A stretch of DNA of 64,000 nucleotides from Camelus dromedarius. Taxonomy: Eukaryota. The stretch is from positions 18,726,001-18,790,000 of the forward strand of contig NC_087436.1 in assembly GCF_036321535.1 (NCBI RefSeq). The letters run 5' to 3'. Position 1 is the stretch's first letter, and every line of letters begins with the position of its first letter. Position numbers and translations under genes: made by a program. Below are positions 25,016-35,615 of the stretch, piece after piece. The notes beneath the pieces were generated by a model. The model was not told where the DNA came from. It saw only the letters and a program-made list of their open reading frames with translations, and searched no databases.

Positions 25016-26821
25016 TGTTTGGAGATTGCACATATAAGAGATCATACAGTATTTGTATTTCTCTGTCTGACTTATTTCACTTAGCATAATGCCCTTGAGG
25101 TCCAACCATGTTGTTGCAAATGGCAAGATTTTGTTATTTGTCATGGCTGAATAATACTCTGTTGTATATATACCACAATTTCTTTATCCATGATTGAACA
25201 CTTAGATTGTTTCCGCATCTTAGTGCTGCAATAAACATGGCGATACATATATCTTTTTGAGTTAATGTTTTTGTTTCCTTTGGATAAACACCCTGAAGTT
25301 CAATTGCTGGATCATATAATAGTTCTATGTTTAATTTTTTGAGGAACCTGCATACTGGTTTCCATAGTGGCTGCATCAATTTATATTCCCACCAAAAGTG
25401 CATAAATGTTCCCTTTTCTCAATGTCCTCTCCAACATGTTTCTTGTCTTTTTGATAATAGATATTATAGTAGGTATGAGAAGATACCTCATTGTGGTTTT
25501 GATTTGCATTTCTCTGATGGTTAATGATACTGAACATCTTTTTATGTAAATGTTGGCCATCTGTGTGTCTTTGGAAAAATATCTATTCAGGTCCTCTGCC
25601 CATTTTTTAATTGGGTTGTTTGTTTTTTGATGTTGAGTTGTATGAGTTCTTTATGTAATTGGGATATTGACCTCTTATCAGATATATAATTTACAAATAT
25701 TTTACCCCACTCAGTATGTTGCTTTTCATTTTATTTATGGTTTTCTTTGCTATGCAGATGCTTTTTAGAATGATGTAGTGGCACATTTATTTTTGCTTTT
25801 GTTGCTTTTTCTTTTGTTGTCAGATTTTTAAAATGATCACCAAGACCTATATCAAGAAGTTTACTACCTATGTTTTTTTTTCTAGGAGTTTCAAGGGTTT
25901 CAGATCTTATGTTTCAAGTCTTTAATCCATTTTGAGTTAATTTTTGTGTATGGTGTAAAACAGTGGTTTAGTTTCATTCTTTTACATGTGGCTGTGTTGC
26001 TGTCTAGTTTTCCCAACACCGTTTATTGGAGAGACTATCCTTTCTCCTTTGTCTTTTTTGCCTCCTTTGTTGTAAATTAATACTCTGTATATGCATGGGT
26101 TTATTTCTGAGTTCCCTATTCTGTTCCATTGATCTATGTGTTGGTTTTTATGCCAATACCATACTGTTTCAACTAATACAGTTTTGTAATTTAGTTTGAA
26201 ATCAAGGAGCATGATGCCTCTAGGTTTGTTGTTCTTTCCCAAGAATGATTTGACTTTTTTTTTTGTGGTTCCACACAAATTTTGGGATTATTTGTTCTAT
26301 TTCTTTGAAAAATGCCATTGGAATCTTGATAGAGATTGCATTGAATCTGGAGATTGCTTTAAGTAGTATGGACATTTTAACAATTTGATTCTTCCAATCC
26401 ATGAGCATGGAATATGTTTCCATATATTTATGTCTTCTTTGATTTCTTTCATTGAAGTCTTGTAGTTTTCAATATACAGGTCTTTAACCTCCATTATTAA
26501 ATTTATTCCTAGGTATTTTATTATTTTTGATGCAATTGTATATGGGATTGTTTTCATAATTTCTCTTTCTGATAGTTTGTTGTTAGTGTGTAGAAATGCA
26601 ACAGACTCTTGTGTATTGAATTTGTATCCTGCCATTTTAGTGAAGTTATTTTTTAGTTCTAATGATGAAGTCTTTTAGAGTCTTCTATATTTAATATGTC
26701 ATCTGCAAATAGTGACAGTTTTATTTCTTCCTTTCCAGTTTGGGTGCCTTTTATTTCTTTTTCTTGCCTAATTGCTCTAGCTAGGATACTGTGTTGAATA
26801 AAAGTGGTGGCAGTGGGCATT
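24850..26821 (-). mobile_element. L1MA-type L1, 5'-truncated (ORF2 RT to 3'UTR)
   Basis: ORF fragments [53 protein letters not shown]. Confidence 0.95.
24983..25012. repeat. (GT)n microsatellite within L1 3'UTR
   Basis: About 15 GT units. Confidence 0.95.
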
Positions 26822-27919
26822 GTAAAAGCTTCCAGAGAGAAAATCAAAACAGAAGCAGGCCACATACGAGGATCTGAACTAAGAATGGCATCCAGCCTCT
26901 CAACTGCAAGATGGAACGCTATTAGTCATTGGTGTAATGCTTCAAATTTCTGAGAAGAATGATTTCCAGTCTAGAAATCTGTACCTCATCAAATGACCAA
27001 TCCAGTGTGAAATTAACATAAAGATATTTTCAAATAAATGAGGTCCCTTTTTTTTTTTAACTATTTTAAAATCTCCTCCACATTTTCTCAGAAAGCTATA
27101 GAGGGATGCATTCCTATAAAACAAGGGGTTACATCAAAAAAGAGTGAGATCCAGGATCCAGGACATAAGGGATCCAGCTTGGGAAAGAGGAGAAGGAAAA
27201 ATCCTGACGACCTGGGGCATCTTGAACAGGATTATGAAGGGCTTGGGAGAGGGTGTTTCCAGAAAGAAAATGGAACTGATAGATATATATTCCAGTTTTG
27301 ACCAAATAGAAAGTTGAATGGAGGGTTACTGAAGAGTACGGGAAGATTTAGTGAGATCCTCAAAAAAGAAAGGTAAGTGAAAAAGAAGCAATTTAGTCCG
27401 AGAATAGTATACAATTATGCAAGCAAGGGAAATACAATCATAATATACTACTTGACTGATGAATAATAGTTGTAGAGTCAGGATAAAAATATGAAATATT
27501 GATTTATCCAAAAGTAATAAAACTATTCTGAAAATTAGGAGAGAGAACATCTGTGAGGTGTGGTGTAAGGAGCTAAATTCACATTACTTACAGAGGAAAA
27601 AAAATAGATATTATCTAAAATAGAGAAAAAAGTACAGTATTATGTCATTTAGAACATGAAGGCAAATACCATATGATATAGCTAAAATAGTAAAACGTGT
27701 TTGTTTCAAGGGGTGGAAAGGGCACTGGAGAGAGACAGGGCAGGAGACCGATGACTTTTTTGTCCTTCATTCTCTCAATATTTTTCCAAACCTTAACCAA
27801 TCACCCTGGTCTAAATCCTCTTCATTAACCCAGTTGTGCATAACAAAGGCCTTGAAACTCAGCTGGCAGAGTCAGTGTTCTGAGCAGACAGGAAGGGAGA
27901 GGTGCTGTGACACTTACAG

Positions 27920-28060
27920 CAGGGCTTCTCACATTTCAGCACGCATCAGCATCTCCTAAAGAGATGCTTAACATGCAAAGTCCTGGGCTCAGCCACCAGA
28001 CGGTCTGGGTGGGGCCTGAGAGTTTGCACTTCTAACAAGCTCTCAGATGGACGCTGATCT
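27920..28060. mobile_element. MER5A-like MITE
   Basis: GGTCTGGGTGGGGCCTGAGAGTTTGCACTTCTAACAAGCTC. Confidence 0.8.
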
Positions 28061-28129
28061 TCAGTCAATATATAGACAATTTCATATACATCTTAGTGTG
28101 GCCTTTCAGTTAAAAACTGATTTGGAGGA

Positions 28130-28246
28130 GGGGAGGGTATAGCTCAGTGGTAGAGCACATGCTTAGCATGCATGAGGTCCTGGGTTCAATCCCCAGTACC
28201 TCCATCAAAAGTAAATCTAATTACCTTCCCCCTCAAAAAAATAAAA
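28130..28246 (+). mobile_element. Camelid tRNA-derived SINE (Vic-1 type)
   Basis: GGGGAGGGTATAGCTCAGTGGTAGAGCACATGCTTAGCATGCATGAGGTCCTGGGTTCAATCCCCAGTACCTCCA. Confidence 0.95.
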
Positions 28247-28264
28247 TGTCAAACTTGCCCATCA

Positions 28265-29200
28265 GCTCTGGATGCCATCCTCTTGTAAGGACTTTTCTCC
28301 TTTGTTTATTTTTCTTCTCTCCTGCATTATCAATAGTTCCATCTCTACTGCCTCATTCCCAGAAGCAAACAAACTGTGTATCTCAATCTAAAATACAAAA
28401 CAAACAAAAAACCCCAAGCTTCCTCTGGAGTCTTCAATCTCTCCTAGTTACCATCTCATTTCTCTGGCCCCCTTTACAAGCCACTTATAAAGTTATTTCT
28501 ATGGGGTGCCTCTAGCTCTTCACCTTCTGTTTGTTCTACAACCCCTTCCAGATTGGTTCCAATCCAGCAAACTTCACTGACAACGTTTTTGTCAAGATCA
28601 TCAATAGCCTCGATGTTGCCAAATCTAATGAGATGAATATGTTCTTGTTTTATTTGATCTTTCAACTGTGTACAGCCAGTCGTCTGTCTGGATTATTTTA
28701 TAATCCTTGCATCTTGTGGTGTCTGTGATGGTGCACTCTGGTTTTCCTCTACTTCTTTATTAGTTGCCTTCATAGGCTCTTCTCGCTTCCTGACTTCTAC
28801 ATGCAGGGGCTCCCTAGGGCTCAGGTCTTGGTCCTCTTTCCTTCCCCATCCACAGTCTCTACTTAGGAACTCTCATCATTCCATGGTTTTAAGTATCACC
28901 CATTTGCAGACAATTCTCAAACTCAGATTCTCCTGTTAAATTTTTTCCATCCATACTCTGAACCCATCTATCCAACTGTATACACTTTTAATGTGTGTAC
29001 TTGGATGTGCTGTTGTTTCCTCTTTTTTTTTTTCACAATTATATCTTGAGTCCTGTCATTTCTACTCCCAAAACAAATTTTGAATTCATCCTTTTCCCCA
29101 GCCTCTACTGCCAGTACTCTAATCCATCGTCATCTGATTTGGACCGTTAGAATGGATACTGTTTTTGGTTTCTCTATTTCTACTCTTGGCACACTGCTGA
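28265..29200 (+). mobile_element. L2 LINE remnant including reverse-transcriptase region
   Basis: ORF 28531-28728 NPFQIGS...VKIINSLDVAKSN resembles the L2 RT segment PLQSGF...KVTNDLHVAKSN; GGGCTCCCTAGGGCTCAGGTCTTGGTCCTCT matches the GVPQGSVLGP region. Confidence 0.82.
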
Positions 29201-29774
29201 TGCCTTCAATAGCAGTGATGGCCTTGTACTTTAATGGCCATGCTTTTAAATCTGTGTGCATTAAAAGAATAATATGCTTTTGTGAAAAGTCAAGGGTTTG
29301 TCTGGTGAGAATACAGGATGAGTTTTGGAAACGTCTCAACAAAATGTCTAACTTGCTAATTATGGTATCCAAAGTATATGGACATAGTATTCGTATTGTT
29401 CCAACCGCAGATCAGAAGACTTGCCCTAGTAACACATAGTTTGATGAACTCAGGACTATCCTGGGAGATGTAGGCCAGTACATTTCCTGCCATCATGAGC
29501 AGGAACTGTGTGTACACTGGGCTGCTACCAGGAATTCTCTACTTGAACTAGGACCACTCCCCTTCTTAAAATCAGATTAAGAGCACTTATTTTAGAGAAA
29601 GAAACTTTAAAGCCTATTCTACCCAAGAAGTGAAAATGGACCTGTTCTATGTCAAGGCTCCATCTCCCTTTCTCAGAATTTCTGAAAGGACTTTGGGAAA
29701 TGCAGGGTGAACAACCATAATTCCCTTGATCTTTCCATTTTGTTCTGGTGTTAGATGAGAAAATTATATACCTT

Positions 29775-30271
29775 GAATCTTATGTCAGCTTTTGCTGTAT
29801 AACAAGCCACCTCAAAGCTCACTGCAAATGGTGGCTTAAAACCACCATTTATTAACCTCATGATCCTGATGGTTATCAATTTTGGTTGCTCACATTTGGG
29901 CAGTTGTTCTGGCCTCTCCTGGGGTCACTCAAGCAGCTGTGGTTATCTTCTGTCTTGACTACAGCAGGATGATCTAAATTGCCTGGCTGTTAGTGCTGAT
30001 CCTTGAGAAGACCAGCGTGTGCTTCTGCAGGTGCTGGCAGTGCTATAAATAGAACATGAGCGCAGAAGCTGCAAGGCTTCTGGAAGCCCAGGTGAGGGAG
30101 TCACACACATCACTACTATTGGTCTCAGCTGGTCACAGGGCCAGCTCATATTCAAGGGAGGGAGAAATTTACTCCACTTTTTGATGAGGGAGTGACAAAG
30201 TCACACTGCTGAGTGCTAGCTTACAGGGATGGGACGAACTGTTGTGGCCGTCAGTACCTGTAATCTACACA
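29775..30271 (-). mobile_element. Old MLT1 (H-like) MaLR solo LTR
   Basis: TTGCTGTATAACAAGCCACCTCAAA...GGCCAGCTCATATTCAAGGGAGGGAGAAATTTACTCCAC...GACAAAGTCACA. Confidence 0.8.
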
Positions 30272-30344
30272 GCCCCATTACTTTACTTCCTTAGAGAAGC
30301 ACTTTCTCTGAGTTACTTCATGTGTATCTGTACATATATGTGTA

Positions 30345-30704
30345 TGTCTTACTGAATTGGGGCTGCTATAACAAAAGGCTATAAACTGGGTGGCTTGTAG
30401 ACACAGAAATTTATTTCCCATAATTCTGGAGGATGGAAGTCTGAGACTGGGGTGCCAGCATGGTTAGGTTCTGGTGAAGGCCCTCTTCTGGTTTACAGAT
30501 TACTGACTTGCATCCTCATATGGTGGAAAGAGGGCAAGAGAACTCTCTGGGGTCTCTTTTATAAGGGCAGTAGTCTCATTCATGAGGGCACCACCCTCAT
30601 GACCTAATCACCTCCCAAAGGCCCCACCTCCTAATACCGTCACGTTGGGGGTTGGGATTTCAACATATGAATTTTGGGGGGACAGAAACATTTAGTCCAT
30701 TGCA
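30345..30704 (-). mobile_element. MLT1A-type MaLR solo LTR
   Basis: CTCATGACCTAATCACCTCCCAAAGGCCCCACCTCCTAATACC...CAACATATGAATTTTGGGGGGACA. Confidence 0.92.
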
Positions 30705-31854
30705 ATGTGTGTAAGTATATATGTAGATATATGGGCTATAACTAGGAAATGAACATGTATGTGTATATAACTTATAATACATACAGATGTAATTTACTGA
30801 TATGTTTGTGCATATTAGCAAATGTGTAAACATCTGTTCAGGAGTTTTCTGTGGATTGTCTATTATGTTGTCCAAAGTCATTTGTAAAAGGATCTCTGCA
30901 ATAATACTTCTTAGAAGATGTGTAACTCCTAAATAAATCATATGTTTCTTTTGTTCAGACAAGAAATGCATAATTTATCACTGACCTTTGTTTACTGTGG
31001 CTTCTAGGAAGTTCAGAGTTGAACCTAATGTCATTACTCATTTTTGCTATTAGCTTAGATGTAATTGATTTCTATTTAGAATTAGTCCCCCTTTTTTCAA
31101 CTTCCTTATTGTGTGCTTGATTTCTTATAAGTTACTGCAGTCATTTTTGAAATGAGATGAGGTGCAATCCAAACACTTAAAAATACATGAATGTGCTTTT
31201 TATAGTTTACTTGAGAGATGTTAATGGACTCTAGAAAGACAGGAGAATCACATGTTGGGATTATTTCACATTGGTGCTATTCGTAAGGTTAGCTTATGCA
31301 ATAAAATAGTTCAAAGAGTGGAGGTGAGTTCCCCAGAGAGTTACTGGGCTCAAATGCCTATGGTTTAATGCATTCTTTTTCTCACTCTTCACAATCAGTC
31401 ATCTATAAGAGCTCATGGTGAGTCATCCTTAAAAAAATAGTCATAGACTTCATATCTCCATTTTTTATCTGCTCTCCAGTTCACCTCTTCCTCCTTTCTA
31501 ACTCAGAAAGGAGTCTTCATGGAGGAGCAAATCATTAATTTGGTTATTGACCACTATTAGATTATTATCTCACATATAAAAAGTTTCCTTAAGCAGAGGT
31601 TTTTTTTTTTTTTTTCACTTTTGATCCTTGTCATTACTTTCAGGAATGTTTTCTGAATTATTAACTCCTGATTCACACTTTTGGTACATAATATTTTTCT
31701 TTGACTTTCTTCTTCTCTTCAAAAGAATCAATCAGATATATTTCTCCATGTAACATTTGCATTTGTAATTAAACTTGCATTTCTCTTGCCCCTTTTAGAA
31801 TGGAAGTGCAATAATTCAAATGGGGGGCAATATTGTGATTTATAATGAGAAATA

Positions 31855-32508
31855 TAGTGCTGCTATGAACATTGGGGTGCATGTATCTTTTCAAATTAGA
31901 GTTTTTATCTTTTTTACTATATGCTCAGTAGTGGAATCACTGGACCATATGGTAGCTTTATTTTTAGTTTTTTAAGGAAACTCCATGGTGTTTTCAAAGT
32001 GTCCACTGGAGGATGAATGGATAAAGAAGATGTGGAATGGAATGGAATATTATTCAGCCACACAATGAAATATTACTCACCCATAAAAAGGAATGAAATA
32101 TTGCCATTTGCAACAACATGGATGGACCTAGAGATTATCATATTAAGAGAAGTAAGTCAAACAGAGAAAGACAAATATTATATATCACTTATATGTGGAA
32201 TCTAAATAATAATACAGATGAATTTATTTACAAAACAGAAACAGAATCACAGGCATAGAAAACAAACTTACAGTTGCCAAAGGGGAAAGGGATAGGGTGG
32301 GAGGGATAAATTTGGAGTTTGGGATTAATAGATACACCACTATATATAAAATAGATAAGCAACAAGGATTTACTGTATAGCAGAGGGAACTATATTCAAT
32401 ATCTTATAATAACCTACAATGAAAAATAAAATGAAAAAATATATAACTTTGCTGTACACCTGAAGCCAACACAACACTGTAAATCAATTATACTTCAATA
32501 GAAAAATA
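31855..32508 (+). mobile_element. L1 with 5' inversion (twin priming)
   Basis: 31855-~32001 is antisense ORF2 sequence; ~31997-32508 is sense ORF2 end plus 3'UTR; TSD AGAAATATA / AGAAATGTA. Confidence 0.9.
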
Positions 32509-33133
32509 AGAAATGTATATCTATGTATATATCTGTCTATATCTATGTCTATACACATTTAGTTTTCTTGGCACACAGCTCCTAAAATTGTTGTAATTTT
32601 CTGAATGATAAGAGCATGGGAGCATTTTCTGTTTAATATTGGGTCTTTTGTCTTTGGGTCCTGAGATAGTTCCAGAGAGATGAAGATGGAAGGAATGTCT
32701 TTTGTTTTTCATAACAAGCCTTTTCAACCACATGGTAGTTTATGTTACTGTGGTGACTTTTGGAAAATCCCTAGATTACCATAGGATGGGGCTAGTTGCC
32801 AGGGGAACCAACTTTGTGATTAGAGCGTTGGAACTTTCAGCCACCCCCTTACCTCCCCTTCTGGAGACGATAGAGAGGCTGGAGGTTGAACTAATCATCA
32901 GTGACCAATGATTTAATCAGTCATGCTGATCTGATGAAGCCTCCATACAATTCCCTATAGTACCGGGTTCAGAGAGCTTCTGGGTTGATGAACATGTGGA
33001 GCTGCTGGGAGGGAGGGGATCCTGGGGAGGGCATGGAAGCTCTGGACTCCTTCCCTCATACCTTGCCTTATACTTCTTCCATCTGACTGTTTCTGAGTTG
33101 TATTCTTTACAATAAACAAGTAATCTAGTAGGT

Positions 33134-33976
33134 TGTGTGAATGAAAAATACTGCAAGCCCTATCAATAAACAAAGAATGCTGTGGCCATCAAGTCATCAG
33201 CCAACTCATGATGCAGACAAGCAGGGAGCCCGGCCTCTGCAACCACCCTGAGGGGACTCAGAATATGAAAGGACTGGACACTGGCCCTAGATAGCTAGGT
33301 GCTTATCAAAGGAATGAATTCAGTGAGCCCAGATGTTTGCTCTTTCCCATACATAGAAAAGTGCTAAACTCTTTAACTTGAGATGTCTGGTTTTCTTTTT
33401 AATGTTCTGACTACCTGGTCTTTGTTGTAAAAGTCCTGTATATCCTGGCTCCTCCCCTACCTCTTTGGAGCAGTCCCTCAGATCGATGTGGGAGTCTGTT
33501 ATCCAGGGCTCGAAGTGGTTCGAGTCCGCAGAAATGTCCACCTGATAAAACATAACTCTCAGCGTTTAGGCTGTGTGATTTTAACTCAGTTGACAGTTGT
33601 CAAACTAAATGAAAAGGTAAACAGGTAAACTTGAATTACTTGAAATTGAGTTTTTGGGAATAGCAGAGGAATTGGAATTCGGGAAATGCATGCTGTAGCA
33701 AGCTACACAAGTGTCCCTTGATGATTCAAGGCCAGCCATTACTTATAAGCAAGGAGTCGAGGAGGAAGTCCAGCCTGAATCCAAGCAGTAAGCTCATTGG
33801 CTTGAGGATGGGGAGAGATTCTTGGTGGATGTTCATTGGTCAGGAGGAAAGTCTTGGTTTTAAAGCATTTACAGCATGTCAATCTTGGTTCTTTAAGTTT
33901 GGTTTTTGGAGGGCGCATGCGTGAGATTCTCCGTTTTACATCCTCCAGTTCCATTTTATATTGAAATCCTTTCACA
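33134..33976 (-). mobile_element. ERV1-type solo LTR (family not identified), split by a MER41-like LTR
   Basis: TG...CA termini, 4-bp TSD AGGT (33130-33133 / 33977-33980); MER21 sequence resumes at 33981. Confidence 0.8.
33136..33595 (+). mobile_element. MER41-like ERV1 solo LTR (artiodactyl type)
   Basis: TGTGAATG...ATAAAACATAACTCTCAGCGTTTAGGCTGTGTG...AGTTGACA; 4-bp TSD GTTG (33132-33135 / 33596-33599). Confidence 0.82.
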
Positions 33977-34636
33977 AGGTAAACTGTTTTCCGGAGTGAG
34001 TCATTCTAGCAAATTATTTAACCCGAGGAGGGGATGGTGGCCACCTCCCATTTCGAGCTGGTCATTCACAGGTAACAACCTGGACATTTGTTTGGCATCT
34101 GAAGTTGGAGAGTGAGGGTGGGCAGTGTCTGTAGGACAGAACCCTTAACCTGAGGGATCTGACGTGGTCTCCGGGTAGCTGGTGCCAGAGCTGATGTAAA
34201 TTGTAGGACACCCAGCTGGTGTCTGTAGGGAATTAGAGAACTGCTTGGTGGGGAAAAACACTCACTCCTTTTGGTGGCCAGAAGCATTGAGAGCAGAGTG
34301 TTTGAGAGGAGATTTTTTTCATGGAGCTACAGCAGTTTAGCCATTTAATAATCAAGCACACTTCGCATATTCAGGAATAGCTTACCTGGCAAACTCTCCT
34401 GTCCGGAGCAAAGTCACTAACCTGTTAGTAAGCAGATTGTCTCGAGTGCCAAACACAGAAGCCATTCCGCTCACTGGATTATCTCACAGGCAATCTGTCT
34501 GCTGTTTCTTTGCGCACATCTCGCCAGGATCATTGTCTAATTTCCCAGCCCACAAACAGATTAAAGTAGCAGAGCAGAACAAGGTTGTGAGTGGCTTAAG
34601 GAAGGTTCACTGAGAAGTTAAAAAAGTTGGTTTGTA

Positions 34637-34727
34637 GGGGAGGGTATAGCTCAGCGGTAGAGCATGTGCTTAGCATTCACGAGGTCCTGGTTTTAATCCT
34701 CAGTATCTCCACTTAAAAAAAAAAAAA
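34637..34727 (+). mobile_element. Camelid tRNA-derived SINE (Vic-1 type), short form
   Basis: GGGGAGGGTATAGCTCAGCGGTAGAG...CAGTATCTCCAC then polyA; TSD-like AAAAAGTTGGTT / AAAAGGTTGGTT. Confidence 0.92.
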
Positions 34728-35084
34728 GGTTGGTTCAATGGCCTGATGATGACAGAAGCAGAAAATCCAAGGAAAGTAGGCATAAAATGCAAAACGTATA
34801 GTGGCTTCAGGCAATGAGCATAATCACAATAACCCTGTAGTAGCAATAATCTCCGGGGAAAGCACTCTATCCTATAAGGCATGAAATTTACTGTTCATTA
34901 CTGTGTCCCTGAATTGCCAGAAAAATGTTATACTATTTTCAAGTAGTCAGTTTCAAAAGTCACGGAAATATTTCCACCAAATTATTATTGTTTTTTATTT
35001 TTATTGTTATTCTCTGTGCTTTGAAGTCTCAAGTTCCATTAATGGGATGATTCAGTTAATGTTGTATGACTCAATTATCATCCT

Positions 35085-35615
35085 TTGCTCACATTTTAAT
35101 GGTGCATCTCCTGTATGCCAGGCACTGAACTGGGAGCTGGACATACTGGTAGACAAAACACATGTCACTGCTGTCCTGGTGGAGCTGGCAGGATTGCACT
35201 GGAGACAGTTATTAAACAGGCAAAAGACCAAAAACAACAACACATAATTTAACTTGCGTAAAAGGCTGCAGGAGAAAAGAAGATTGGGTGTAATAGAGAG
35301 CTCCAAGGGTGGGGATGAGGAAATACAGAACATGATTTATTTAGAGTCCCCAGGGAGGGCCAGAGAATCCCCCAAACGGGGACGACAGGAATGTGAAAAG
35401 CAGGGAGGAAGCAGAAACAACGGGCAAGGATTGGTGATGGAAAGAGGAGTTGCAGGAAGATGGTGTGGCTGGAGGTCACATGGAAGGTCAGACGGGGAAT
35501 GGGATGACTTGGATTTGAAGAAGCAGCTGGATCAGGGAGGGCTTTGCAAACCACAGTGGGGAGTTTGGGTTTTATTCAAAGTATCATGGGAAACGTTTGA
35601 AGGATTTCAAGCACA
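35085..35615 (-). mobile_element. L2 3' remnant
   Basis: CTCCTGTATGCCAGGCACTG...CTGCTGTCCTGGTGGAGCT; GGAGTTTGGGTTTTATTC. Confidence 0.8.

Larger units (their letters stand above)
24330..27760 (+). mobile_element. HAL1 / ORF1-type element split by an L1 insertion
   Basis: ORF1-like AATAGGCATTCCAGAAAGAG...CATGAAATTTTAGAA stops near 24825 and resumes at 26822 with AAAAGCTTCCAGAGAGAAAA...GAAGAATGATTTCCAGTCTAGAAATCT. Confidence 0.7.
31826..34331 (+). mobile_element. MER21-like LTR, interrupted by an L1 and two LTRs
   Basis: Start ATATTGTGATTTATAATGAGAAAT; body GTGATTAGAGCGTTGGAACTTTCAGCC and GGTTCAGAGAGCTTCTGGGTTG; end TGTAGGACACCCAGCTGGTGTC; homologous to 53365-54268. Confidence 0.85.

Noticed and set aside
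28130..28204. tRNA-like sequences as genuine tRNA genes
   Set aside because: Eight divergent copies with A-rich tails, most with TSDs, are SINEs.
33652..33685. Tandem STAT/GAS-like sites TTTTGGGAA and ATTCGGGAA beside the MER41-like LTR
   Set aside because: Neither matches TTCNNNGAA, and I see no perfect GAS inside the MER41-like copy, so an interferon-responsive enhancer is unsupported.
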